DNA of 32,000 bases, from NCBI GenBank assembly GCA_045568075.1, contig JBJLBP010000001.1, positions 390,001 through 422,000 of the forward strand, read 5' to 3'. This document shows, one piece after another, positions 1 to 7,701 of this stretch. This stretch comes from Candidatus Thalassarchaeaceae archaeon. GTDB lineage: Archaea; Thermoplasmatota; Poseidoniia; Poseidoniales; Thalassarchaeaceae. The first letter of the stretch is position 1. Each line of letters begins with the position of its first letter. The notes beneath the pieces are model-generated. The model made no database searches. It saw only the letters and a list, made by a program, of their open reading frames with translations, and was not told the DNA's origin. A program made the translations under genes and the position numbers.

Positions 1-639
1 CACATCTGGGGCTATGGCCTAATGTTCAGCGGACTGTTCATCGCTTACTCGATTTGGAAGTACGGATGGAACCGCTACCGAGTTTGGCAAGAAGAGAATG
101 ATATCGAAGGCTTTGATTTCCGCGATTACCTCGATCATGGAGTGTCCTCATTCCGCGACGATTTCATCAATACCGGAGACAATGATTGGTGGATTGGAAA
201 GTGGTGGGATTACATCATGTATCTCGGATTCCCACTAATGTTCAGCGTCCTCATCCTCTCCTACTTTGGCGACATGCTCATCAATGTCGAAAACCCCTGG
301 GATCCGACTAACGCTAACGGAATCTCGATCATTCTGCTTTTCTGGGGTGTAACGGCAGGACTGTTCATCGGTCTCAACCGCTACATCCTCGTCAATCGCA
401 TGGTTCCGACGACCGATGATTTCTGGCTTCTAGCAATTCTATCTGGAAATTACAGACTTGAGCCGCGCCCGCTCTACAGAAATGTCCCTGAGGGCGCGGA
501 AGTATCAATCGAAACTCTTCCCGGTGGCGAGGACCCATACATCGTCCAAGCTGGAGATAAATTGCCAGCCACTTTCGTGGATGATTATGGGGAGACGAGG
601 TCGCACACTGGTGCGACCCTCGATGCAGAAATCGTCTGA
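1..639 (+). CDS. Multi-pass membrane protein of unknown function (possibly 5-prime partial)
   Basis: The frame is open from base 1 (HIWGYGL precedes the first ATG at 22), so the start may lie upstream of the window. Several hydrophobic segments are present (FSGLFIAYSIW, IMYLGFPLMFSVLILSYF, ISIILLFWGVTAGLFIGL), followed by a ~70-aa acidic soluble C-terminus. No family recognised. Confidence 0.55.
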   Translation, partial: HIWGYGLMFSGLFIAYSIWKYGWNRYRVWQEENDIEGFDFRDYLDHGVSSFRDDFINTGDNDWWIGKWWDYIMYLGFPLMFSVLILSYFGDMLINVENPWDPTNANGISIILLFWGVTAGLFIGLNRYILVNRMVPTTDDFWLLAILSGNYRLEPRPLYRNVPEGAEVSIETLPGGEDPYIVQAGDKLPATFVDDYGETRSHTGATLDAEIV

Positions 640-648
640 GGGAATCAA

Positions 649-1122
649 TTGCTGGTCAGCGATGATTATCCTTGGTCAAAGTTGCTTCTTGAGTACGCGA
701 TGTATTGTGCTGTTGGCTGCATCAATGTGGCAATCTTCGCGGCCCTCTACTACTGGCTTCACGGGATGACTCTCTCAGAAAGTTTCCCAGCGGCTACCGC
801 TTGGGCTATCGCCTACTTCGTAAGCTCCTGGCAGGCGCACTTCCTACATCGTTGGCTAACCTTTGAATCACCAACTGGTTACACCAAAAGCCTCTCTATA
901 ATGCTGGTAATCTATACCGTTCTGTGGGCCATCTCAACTGCCTCTATAGCCTACTTCAGCGATACCCTCGGCTACAATCACATCTACACATGGGCAGCCA
1001 ACACAGCCGCTTTCGGCTTCTTCGCTTTCCTCGCACTGCGTATCTTCGCTTTCCCGCTGTCCGATGGACGTGTTACTCGCTCAGAACGGCTCGAAGCCTA
1101 TCGCGATAGCCGTAGGTCTTGA
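649..1122 (+). CDS. GtrA-like small integral membrane protein (glycan-translocation family)
   Basis: TTG start preceded by GAGGG at 638-642. About four TM helices with a GtrA-type pattern (YCAVGCINVAIF ... SSWQAHFLHRWLTF ... FLALRIFAFP). Shares a TTGA overlap with the next long ORF. Confidence 0.6.
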   Translation: MLVSDDYPWSKLLLEYAMYCAVGCINVAIFAALYYWLHGMTLSESFPAATAWAIAYFVSSWQAHFLHRWLTFESPTGYTKSLSIMLVIYTVLWAISTASIAYFSDTLGYNHIYTWAANTAAFGFFAFLALRIFAFPLSDGRVTRSERLEAYRDSRRS

Positions 1123-1148
1123 AGAACAATCGGCTGCCCCTCGACGCT

Positions 1149-2405
1149 ATGGCTCAGGGAGTTCGTGGCACGCGCGACTTCTATCCAGATGATATGCGCG
1201 TGCGCAACTGGCTCTTCGAGAGATTTCACTCGGCTGCACGTGCGCACGGGTTTGAGGAGTACGATGCTCCTGTGCTCGAGAGTGAGGATTTGTACACGCG
1301 CAAGGCAGGAGAGGAGATTGTCGGCCAGTTGTACAATTTTGAGGATAAAGGCGGGCGACGAGTAGCACTCCGGCCCGAGATGACGCCCTCGCTGGCAAGA
1401 ATGGTAATGGCGAGGGCGGGCGCTTTGGCGCTCCCTATCAAGTGGTATTCGATCCCCCAGTGCTGGCGTTACGAGAGGACTCAGAGAGGACGTGGACGTG
1501 AGCACTACCAGTGGAATGTAGATGTCTGGGGGATGGATGGTGTCGAGGCCGATGCAGAACTTCTCTCCGTACTGGCACATTTCTTCGGCTCGGTCGGGCT
1601 CAGCTCAGAGGATTTGGTTATTCGAATCAGCAGTCGCAAGGTGCTTGAAGAGGTTCTAGGCTCACTCGGAATCGAGGGTGATACCTTCGCTAAGACTTGT
1701 GTTATTGTCGATAAAATGGATAAGCTTCCTGCTGATGCTATCGAGGCGCAGTTGGCTGAATTAGGACTTTCTTCCGATGCAACTTCAAAGATTCGTTCCG
1801 TCCTCGGTCTAACCGATTTGGAGGCTCTCGCTTCAGCTCTTGGTGGTGAGAGTGCGGCAGTAGTCGAATTAGGCGCGCTGTTCGCTCTGTGTGATTCCTA
1901 CGGCATTTCTGATTGGGTTGCCTTCGATGCCTCGGTGGTTCGTGGGCTTGCTTACTACACCGGCCCTGTATTCGAGGCTCACGACCGGGCCGGCAAGCTT
2001 CGTGCGATTGTCGGTGGAGGTCGCTATGACAAGTTGATTGGAACTCTCGGTGGAAAGGACTTGCCCGCCACTGGCTTCGGCTTCGGGGACATGGTAGTGA
2101 TGGAACTCCTCGCCGAGAAAGGATTGGTTCCTGATCTGTCTTTGGGTGTCGAAGATGTGGTCTTCGGAATGGGGTCTGAATTACGTGGGCCTGCGATGCA
2201 GGTTGCTGGGCGATTGCGCTCTAGTGGTCGGAGCGTAGATTTGGTTCTTGAAGACAAGAAAATGAAGTGGGTCTTCAAGCACGCTGAACGATGTGGTGCG
2301 GCCCGACTCGTGATGGTAATGCCCGATGAATGGGCCGCTGGAAATGTGCGCATCAAAAATCTCGATACTGGTGAAGAGTCGACAGTCTCAGTCGAAGATC
2401 TTTGA
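1149..2405 (+). CDS. hisS: Histidyl-tRNA synthetase (class II)
   Basis: HisRS hallmarks are present: GTRDFYPDDM, ALRPEMTPSLARMV, YSIPQCWRYERTQRGRGREHYQWNVDVWG, GGGRYDKLIG and ATGFGFGD, plus a C-terminal anticodon-binding domain. The start is ambiguous: I prefer ATG 1149 (MAQGVRGTRDF), and TTG 1119 is the longest-ORF alternative. Confidence 0.93.
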   Translation: MAQGVRGTRDFYPDDMRVRNWLFERFHSAARAHGFEEYDAPVLESEDLYTRKAGEEIVGQLYNFEDKGGRRVALRPEMTPSLARMVMARAGALALPIKWYSIPQCWRYERTQRGRGREHYQWNVDVWGMDGVEADAELLSVLAHFFGSVGLSSEDLVIRISSRKVLEEVLGSLGIEGDTFAKTCVIVDKMDKLPADAIEAQLAELGLSSDATSKIRSVLGLTDLEALASALGGESAAVVELGALFALCDSYGISDWVAFDASVVRGLAYYTGPVFEAHDRAGKLRAIVGGGRYDKLIGTLGGKDLPATGFGFGDMVVMELLAEKGLVPDLSLGVEDVVFGMGSELRGPAMQVAGRLRSSGRSVDLVLEDKKMKWVFKHAERCGAARLVMVMPDEWAAGNVRIKNLDTGEESTVSVEDL

Positions 2406-2437
2406 ACCGCTCGAGGAACTCGTCCGAATTGGCGAAT

Positions 2438-3259
2438 TCACTCTTTTCGCTCAAAGCGACTAGCACCGATTGCTGCCATCGCAAGTGCGCCCAGTCCGGC
2501 TGCGAGTCCGAATCCGGGTAGAGCATCATCGACTGCTCCACCTATTCCACCATCATCGCCGCCATTTCCCGGTCCTACATCTGAGGCATTGATTACAGGG
2601 AAGTTTGCTTCTACTGAGTAATTATCCTCGTTATTTGAGTAGAACATAGTGAATTCTCCAGTGCAATCGAAAATCAAACATTCAATGCCACTAATACCCG
2701 GTGCAGAGTACTCAATTCGCACTACTGGTTCTTCTCCACTCTTGTTCCAACGATACATTGTTTCATTGACTGGAATATTCCATTGTATGGTAAAGTCCTC
2801 GTAATTATTTACAGTCTCAACAGATTTGACAAATTGAGAAATATCCATGGTTCCTCTAGACAATGTGATGGTCAAATCCTTGCATTCAGATGTATCAGTG
2901 CAATCAGCAGAATATATTCTGAATGACATTTCTACTGTGATTGTTCCATTTTCATTGATGTACATATCTTCCTTGAAGGTCTCACCAGATTGGATACGAC
3001 AAGAAATGTCAACCTCAACCTGTGTTCCTTGAGAGAATTCCTTCATGCCATAGCCCTCTGATGCCGACCCCGCCGAGTCATTGACATCGAAGTGAGTCCA
3101 GCACTGATCCAATTGACTGGTTCCCCAGAAATGCATGTGTGGGTTTTCCACCGAGGGCTGCTTCGGATCATCCGCTTGGGCGCTGGCTGGTGCAGCGATA
3201 GTTCCGCATGCTAGAATGAGCACGAGGCCAAGAGCCTGAATCCTGCGACTACCCTGCAT
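2438..3259 (-). CDS. Secreted surface protein with PGF-CTERM (archaeosortase-type) sorting signal
   Basis: Signal peptide MQGSRRIQALGLVLILACGTIAAPASAQA. Cys-containing beta-rich ectodomain with six N-x-S/T sequons (NDS, NGT, NET, NKS, NYS, NAS) and a Gly/Asp linker. C-terminal LPGFGLAAGLGALAMAAIGASRFERKE is a PGF motif, a TM helix and a basic tail. Confidence 0.8.
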   Translation of the reverse strand: MQGSRRIQALGLVLILACGTIAAPASAQADDPKQPSVENPHMHFWGTSQLDQCWTHFDVNDSAGSASEGYGMKEFSQGTQVEVDISCRIQSGETFKEDMYINENGTITVEMSFRIYSADCTDTSECKDLTITLSRGTMDISQFVKSVETVNNYEDFTIQWNIPVNETMYRWNKSGEEPVVRIEYSAPGISGIECLIFDCTGEFTMFYSNNEDNYSVEANFPVINASDVGPGNGGDDGGIGGAVDDALPGFGLAAGLGALAMAAIGASRFERKE

Positions 3260-3343
3260 GAATCGCTCTCAATGTGAATCCGGTTTGAGGCTTTGCACGA
3301 TTCGACAGCACGTTAGCGCGAGAAATTGAGCATATTCACCTGC

Positions 3344-4489
3344 TCAGTCGAAGCGTTGTAGATTGCCGCCTTCACGGTGTTTTCCGTGACGTGCGATGTT
3401 GAGAGCGTCGCCGAGCATATCAGCACTCATCATCTCTCTATCGAGTCTTTCAGAGGCGACGCCAGTAATGATCGACATTACCTTGATTGTATCTCCAAAT
3501 GCTGGGTCTTGACGCGCGCCGAAGATGACGTTAGCATCGGGTGATAGGCGCGCAGTCATCAGGTCACAGACCTGATTTGCTTGTTCAAGAGTCATGTAAG
3601 GGCCACCAGTTACGTGGATGAGTGCACCCGTCGCCCCGTCTATTTCGATATCGAGAAGTGGATGGTTGAGAGATTCGTGGACTACTTCTTCTGGCCCTTG
3701 GTCGCTCTCTCCGTACAACATCATGGTGACTCCACCTCCCTTCATGATCGCCCGCACATCGGCGAAATCGAGGTTGATTAGACTTGGAAGGGTGATTGTT
3801 TCGACGATGCCTTTGACAATTTCAGCAATGAGCTGATCCATGATTGAAAAGGCCTCGTCGAGAGGCAGATTTGGCACATAGTGGAGAAGTCGATTATTAT
3901 CGAGGACGAGGACTGCATCTGCTGCTTTTCGCAGCAGGTCAAGGCCCTCGAGAGCGCGCTGCATGCGCATACGGCGCTCGACGGAGAATGGAGTTGTGAC
4001 AATCGCTACGACGAGCGCCCCAGAGCGCTTTGCCTCTTCAGCGACTATTGGCGCGATACCAGTACCGGTCCCACCGCCCAATCCGGCGGTGACGAATACG
4101 AGGTCAGCCCCCGAGACGATCCTAGTGATGACATCGCGTCCGGCCTCCGCACAGCGGCGGCCAGTGACTGGGTCGCCACCCGCACCTAATCCGCGAGTAA
4201 TGTGACGACCAACCAGCAGTTTCTGCTGCGCACGCGTGTGGTCGAGGTGCTGCTTATCGGTGTTGATTGCGACTGTGATAGCGCCCTCAACTCCAATGTG
4301 CGTGATACGATTCATCGTGTTATTGCCCGAGCCGCCGCAACCACATACGAGAATGCGCGGATCGGGTGGTCCAAAGGCCTCGAGTTCACGATCTGTTAGA
4401 GCGGTTGGAATCCTTCCAGTAGCAGTACTTGCAGAACTTCCGCTCAACCCTGATGACGAACCGTCCCCCATCCCGTGTCCTCCGTGCAT
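3344..4489 (-). CDS. ftsZ: Cell-division GTPase FtsZ (archaeal type)
   Basis: Tubulin/FtsZ signatures are present: ILVCGCGGSGNNTMNRI, GLGAGGDPVTGRRCAEA, TAGLGGGTGTGIAPIVAEEAK (GGGTGTG box) and SLINLDFADVRAIMKGGG. It has a ~50-aa Gly/Ser-rich N-terminal extension (MHGGHGMGDGSSSGLSGSSAST...). Confidence 0.9.
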   Translation of the reverse strand: MHGGHGMGDGSSSGLSGSSASTATGRIPTALTDRELEAFGPPDPRILVCGCGGSGNNTMNRITHIGVEGAITVAINTDKQHLDHTRAQQKLLVGRHITRGLGAGGDPVTGRRCAEAGRDVITRIVSGADLVFVTAGLGGGTGTGIAPIVAEEAKRSGALVVAIVTTPFSVERRMRMQRALEGLDLLRKAADAVLVLDNNRLLHYVPNLPLDEAFSIMDQLIAEIVKGIVETITLPSLINLDFADVRAIMKGGGVTMMLYGESDQGPEEVVHESLNHPLLDIEIDGATGALIHVTGGPYMTLEQANQVCDLMTARLSPDANVIFGARQDPAFGDTIKVMSIITGVASERLDREMMSADMLGDALNIARHGKHREGGNLQRFD

Positions 4490-4685
4490 CCCTTGGCAGT
4501 ACGCCTTACGTCAGCGAAGTGTCATTTCGGCCTTCTTAACCGTTGAGGGGGGTAAAGGGGGTTGCACCGTGATTATCGGAGTGAAGGTGTTTAGCCGGAA
4601 GCCCTCCGGAAAGCGAGATAAACAAGAGGTTGGTCGAGCAACCCGTACCGCGCTTAGCTCAGTTGGCTAGAGCACCTGACTGTAG

Positions 4686-4712
4686 ACTGGAAACACTTGG
4701 TTGTAGGCAGCC
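4686..4712 (+). other. tRNA intron at the canonical 37/38 position, with a bulge-helix-bulge motif
   Basis: The helix CTGT (positions 32-35) pairs with GCAG (4707-4710, including one G-U pair). It is flanked by the 3-nt bulges AGA and CCA. Symmetric cleavage in these bulges removes 4686-4712 and restores the 7-nt loop CTGTAGA. Confidence 0.75.
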
Positions 4713-4728
4713 ATCAGGGGGTCCCCGG

Positions 4729-4746
4729 TTCAAGTCCGGGAGCGCG
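4729..4746 (+). repeat. Direct repeat copy 1 (inside the tRNA-Tyr T-loop and acceptor 3-prime half); putative attL
   Basis: TTCAAGTCCGGGAGCGCG is identical to 6632-6649. Confidence 0.7.
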
Positions 4747-4835
4747 GACCAAAGTATTCCCAGTTACTTGGTCAATTACGAACTAAGAACTGAAAAAACA
4801 AGAGACTATAACCCTAGCATTTTCGATAGGAAAGT

Positions 4836-6593
4836 ATGTCGCTTGCACCAACAGAATATGACTATGGAGATGAAAGTAATTACTCGTTTGCCGCCTCGGT
4901 GACTTGTTCTGATGAAGAAACAAGAAAAATGTTCGTCGAGGGTTATGGCCACATGCTAAATTACAACCACGAACAAGCAATTGCCTGTTTCTCTAAGTGC
5001 ACTGAATTGGACCCAGATTGTGCTATGGCTTGGTGGGGAATTGCTTACTGCGTATCATCGAACTACAATTGGGAACCTGGACTTGGATCAGGCCATGACG
5101 CCATTCAACAGGCGCTGTCTGTAATGGGTCACTGTAGCGATTTGGAGCAGGACCTGATCAAGGCACTCTCGACTCGTCACTCCGCTGAGGCTCGAGATGC
5201 AGCCGACCCGTCAGTTCTGAACATGGGCAATAGTCCTGAATTGAACGTCGCATTCGCAGAAGCCATGGCTCCATTGCACGAAAAATACGCAGGTAATTTG
5301 GATGTCACGGCAATATACGTTGAGGCATTGATGAATCTAAAGTCGTGGCAGCTTTGGGACAAAAACCCGTCAACTGGAGAAATCACCCCTGCCGATGACA
5401 ACACATTACTTCTCGTCAAGATAATGGAAGACGCATTCCAAGGCAGTGATGAGGCGAAGTCCCATACAGCACTATGTCACCTGTATTGTCACGCACTGGA
5501 ACTATCCCCATTCCCGGAGAAGGCCCTTCCTGCGGCCGATATTTTGCGAACTCGTATGCCAGGTTTGGGGCATCTAGTCCACATGCCCTCTCACATCGAC
5601 GCATGGGTTGGACAGTGGAAGGAAGCGATTGATTGCAACATTGCTGCAGTCAAGGCTGATGATCGCTACGTCGAAATTACAGGAAACGAGTCCCAATTTT
5701 ACAAATTCTATCGCATGCACAATCACCACTTCATTGTCTGGTGCTCTATGTTTGATGGCCAATATCAAACCGCTCTCAAATACGCCCGTAAGGCTGTCGA
5801 TACTCTCCCTGCTGGTGATGAGAATGGGGGCGTTCAGTTCATGTTAGCAGGAATAATCCCAATGGGAGCAATTTTCTTGGAATCCTACGTTACCATGCCT
5901 TGGCACGTCATGATTCGATTTGGAAAGTGGGATGAAATTCTGGCAGAACAGATGTACACCGATGGGGAAGTATTCCCTGCCACAATCGCCACCCAGCACT
6001 ATGCTCGAGGCGTAGCTTTCGCTTCCAAAGGAATGGTACCAGAAGCAGAAGCCGAACAAGAATTGTTCAAGGCGGCACTGGAAAATCCAGCTCTTGCTGG
6101 ACGAATGATGCATAACAATTTCATGTATCAGGGACCTTCAGAAGGCCCCTCAATACTGAATGTCAATGATGCAATTCTCGAAGGTGAAATAGAGTACAGA
6201 AGGCAATTCCTCGCTAAGAAAAACGGAGAAGATTTCGATTTCACCGCGGCATTCAATGAACTTCGCCGAGGCGTGGACCTGTCATTGAACCTGGCTTACA
6301 ATGAACCTTGGGGACAAATGCAACCAGTTCGCCACATTCTAGGTGCTCTTCTTCTAGAACAAGGACATGTTGAGGAAGCGGAAGAGGTTTACAGGGCCGA
6401 TATCGAATTGTGGAAGGACAACATGTGGGGGCTTCTAGGCCTCAAACTATGTCTAGAGGCTAAGGGAGATTCTGACGAGGAACTTGCAGAGGTTACTGCG
6501 TTGTTCAACGAACGAAGTTCTCGTGCAGACATCGTACCGGCAAAGACATGTTTCTGTGCTCAAGATGCGTTAGAAGACAACTGCTGTAACTAA
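4836..6593 (+). CDS. TPR-like repeat protein of unknown function (islet cargo)
   Basis: 585-aa ORF. TPR-like helical repeats occur near both ends (HEQAIACFSKCTELDPDCAMAWWGIAY and GHVEEAEEVYRADIELWKDNMWGLLGLKLCLEAKG), with the conserved-looking block HLVHMPSHIDAWVGQW. The C-terminus is Cys-rich (KTCFCAQDALEDNCCN). No signal peptide. The gene looks AT-richer than its neighbours by eye. Confidence 0.6.
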   Translation: MSLAPTEYDYGDESNYSFAASVTCSDEETRKMFVEGYGHMLNYNHEQAIACFSKCTELDPDCAMAWWGIAYCVSSNYNWEPGLGSGHDAIQQALSVMGHCSDLEQDLIKALSTRHSAEARDAADPSVLNMGNSPELNVAFAEAMAPLHEKYAGNLDVTAIYVEALMNLKSWQLWDKNPSTGEITPADDNTLLLVKIMEDAFQGSDEAKSHTALCHLYCHALELSPFPEKALPAADILRTRMPGLGHLVHMPSHIDAWVGQWKEAIDCNIAAVKADDRYVEITGNESQFYKFYRMHNHHFIVWCSMFDGQYQTALKYARKAVDTLPAGDENGGVQFMLAGIIPMGAIFLESYVTMPWHVMIRFGKWDEILAEQMYTDGEVFPATIATQHYARGVAFASKGMVPEAEAEQELFKAALENPALAGRMMHNNFMYQGPSEGPSILNVNDAILEGEIEYRRQFLAKKNGEDFDFTAAFNELRRGVDLSLNLAYNEPWGQMQPVRHILGALLLEQGHVEEAEEVYRADIELWKDNMWGLLGLKLCLEAKGDSDEELAEVTALFNERSSRADIVPAKTCFCAQDALEDNCCN

Positions 6594-6621
6594 TCAGAAA
6601 CAGGAACTGCTCAATGAATGT

Positions 6622-6641
6622 CGGACTTTGTTTCAAGTCCG
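6622..6641 (+). terminator. Hairpin CGGACTT-TGTTTC-AAGTCCG downstream of the islet gene, overlapping the tRNA-end repeat
   Basis: A 7-bp perfect inverted repeat with a T-rich loop lies 29 nt after the stop at 6593. A terminator role is only an inference. Confidence 0.3.
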
Positions 6642-6649
6642 GGAGCGCG
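6632..6649 (+). repeat. Direct repeat copy 2 (orphan copy of the tRNA-Tyr 3-prime end); putative attR
   Basis: TTCAAGTCCGGGAGCGCG is an 18/18 match to 4729-4746. It is followed by TT then GACCA, echoing the tRNA GACCA end. No D arm or anticodon arm lies upstream. Confidence 0.7.
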
Positions 6650-6725
6650 TTGACCAATATCCTCTACTCATTAGAGTAGGCTCATAAAGGGGAGTCAGGT
6701 CGGCGGGATGCTTGGAGGGTCATAT

Positions 6726-7313
6726 ATGGGAGTCATGAAGCACCTTGGATCGGTTTGGAAGCAGCCGAAGGAGAACATTCCTCCTGCATACCGCCGTAAC
6801 CGTATGGCAGGATGGCGCCGTGAGCCTGTATTCCAGCGCGTCGATCGTCCAACTCGCCTCGATGCAGCCCGCCGCCTCGGCTACAAGTCGAAGCAAGGCA
6901 TTACCGTAGTCCGCACGCGCGTACGACGCGGAGGACTCCGCAAGGGTAAGATCCACATGAAGCGCAAGCCGTCTAAGGCTGGTATCAAGAAAATCACCAT
7001 GGCGAAGTCCATCCAGCGCATGGCTGAGGAGAGAACCAACAAGCGCTACCCTAACCTCGAAGTTCTCAACTCCTACTGGGTTGGCGAGGATGGCAAGAAC
7101 AAGTTCTACGAAGTCATCATGATCGATCCACACCACCCAGCAATCAAGTCTGACAAGCAACTCGGCTGGATTGCTGAGGGCAATAGCCACCGCGGCCGCG
7201 CTGAGCGCGGAAAGACCAGCGCTGGTAAGCGCGGACGCGGTCTCTTCAACAAGGGTAAGGGTGCTGAGAAACTCCGCCCTTCCTTGAAGGCTAACAAGAA
7301 CCTAGGAAAATAA
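6726..7313 (+). CDS. rpl15e: 50S ribosomal protein L15e
   Basis: L15e sequence is present: WKQPKE ... RLGYKSKQGITVVRTRVRRGGLRKG ... SIQRMAEERTNKRYPNLEVLNSYWVGEDGKNKFYEVIMIDPHHPAI. GGAGG at 6714-6718 lies 7 nt before ATG 6726. The in-frame ATG at 6708 is the longest-ORF alternative. Confidence 0.93.
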   Translation: MGVMKHLGSVWKQPKENIPPAYRRNRMAGWRREPVFQRVDRPTRLDAARRLGYKSKQGITVVRTRVRRGGLRKGKIHMKRKPSKAGIKKITMAKSIQRMAEERTNKRYPNLEVLNSYWVGEDGKNKFYEVIMIDPHHPAIKSDKQLGWIAEGNSHRGRAERGKTSAGKRGRGLFNKGKGAEKLRPSLKANKNLGK

Positions 7314-7361
7314 GCATCCTCGGGAGTAAGTTGATTTCATCCCCGAGTGCGGCAGCCTTCG

Positions 7362-7616
7362 ATGGTCGAGAGCGAAGTCAGTGCGATTCGAGACTTACCG
7401 GTCATTCTGCCGGACGGTCGCCTGCTCGGAACCGTCCACGACACGGTTATCGAAACCGACTCTTGGCGCTGCACTCACATCTTCGTTGCCGACCCTCCAG
7501 CCGACCTAGTTGAAGGCCGAGTTCACGTAGCAATCCCATGGAATTGGGTGAGGTCAGTAGGCGATGTCATCGTCCTTCGATGGTTTCCCCCAACACCAAT
7601 TCCGAAGGACGAATGA
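7362..7616 (+). CDS. PRC-barrel domain protein
   Basis: Small protein with a PRC-barrel-like pattern (LPVILPDGRLLGTVHDTVIETDSWRCTHIFV ... VAIPWNWVRSVGDVIVL). ATG 7362 is preferred over GTG 7347. Confidence 0.6.
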   Translation: MVESEVSAIRDLPVILPDGRLLGTVHDTVIETDSWRCTHIFVADPPADLVEGRVHVAIPWNWVRSVGDVIVLRWFPPTPIPKDE

Positions 7617-7701
7617 TTCAGGTATTCTTCTCACTTCATCGTGAGATTCAACCGAACGTGATTGCGATACGATTCAAAAGGTAGGGGTGAACCCATACTC
7701 G

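Larger units (their letters stand above)
4648..4751 (+). tRNA. tRNA-Tyr (anticodon GTA) with a 27-nt intron and encoded CCA
   Basis: Hand-folded cloverleaf. Acceptor CCGCGCT (4648-4654) pairs with AGCGCGG (4741-4747). D arm GCTC/GAGC. Anticodon stem CCTGA (4675-4679) pairs with TCAGG (4714-4718), with loop CT-GTA-G[intron]A. Variable loop GGGTC. T arm CCCGG-TTCAAGT-CCGGG. Discriminator A followed by CCA. The C1:G72 pair is the archaeal/eukaryal tRNA-Tyr identity pair. Confidence 0.9.

Noticed and set aside
4547-4561. G-runs (GGGGGG TAAA GGGGG) in the ftsZ/tRNA divergent intergenic region as a G-quadruplex
   Set aside because: Only two G-tracts are close together, which is too few for an intramolecular quadruplex. 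The stretch is more likely incidental promoter-region sequence.
4236-4902. Plus-strand ORFs 4236-4670 (144 aa) and 4630-4902 (90 aa) running across the ftsZ 5-prime region and the tRNA
   Set aside because: One is antisense to ftsZ and the other reads straight through tRNA-Tyr and its intron. The tRNA fold explains this sequence.
4752-6631. Reading the tRNA-flanked islet as an intact prophage, plasmid or integrative element
   Set aside because: It holds only one gene, and no integrase, excisionase, replication or capsid genes are present. It can be called a scar or remnant only.
6622-6657. The orphan tRNA-like segment as a second (pseudo-)tRNA gene
   Set aside because: Only the T-loop and acceptor 3-prime portion is present. 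The upstream sequence cannot form an acceptor 5-prime strand, D arm or anticodon arm.
7673-7680. TTCAAAAG upstream of gene A (and GATTCAAG at 15350-15357 upstream of D) as TATA boxes driving leaderless transcripts
   Set aside because: The spacing to the ATGs (~26 nt) is suggestive, but the match to the archaeal TATA consensus is weak and I cannot test it. I have not reported it as a feature.
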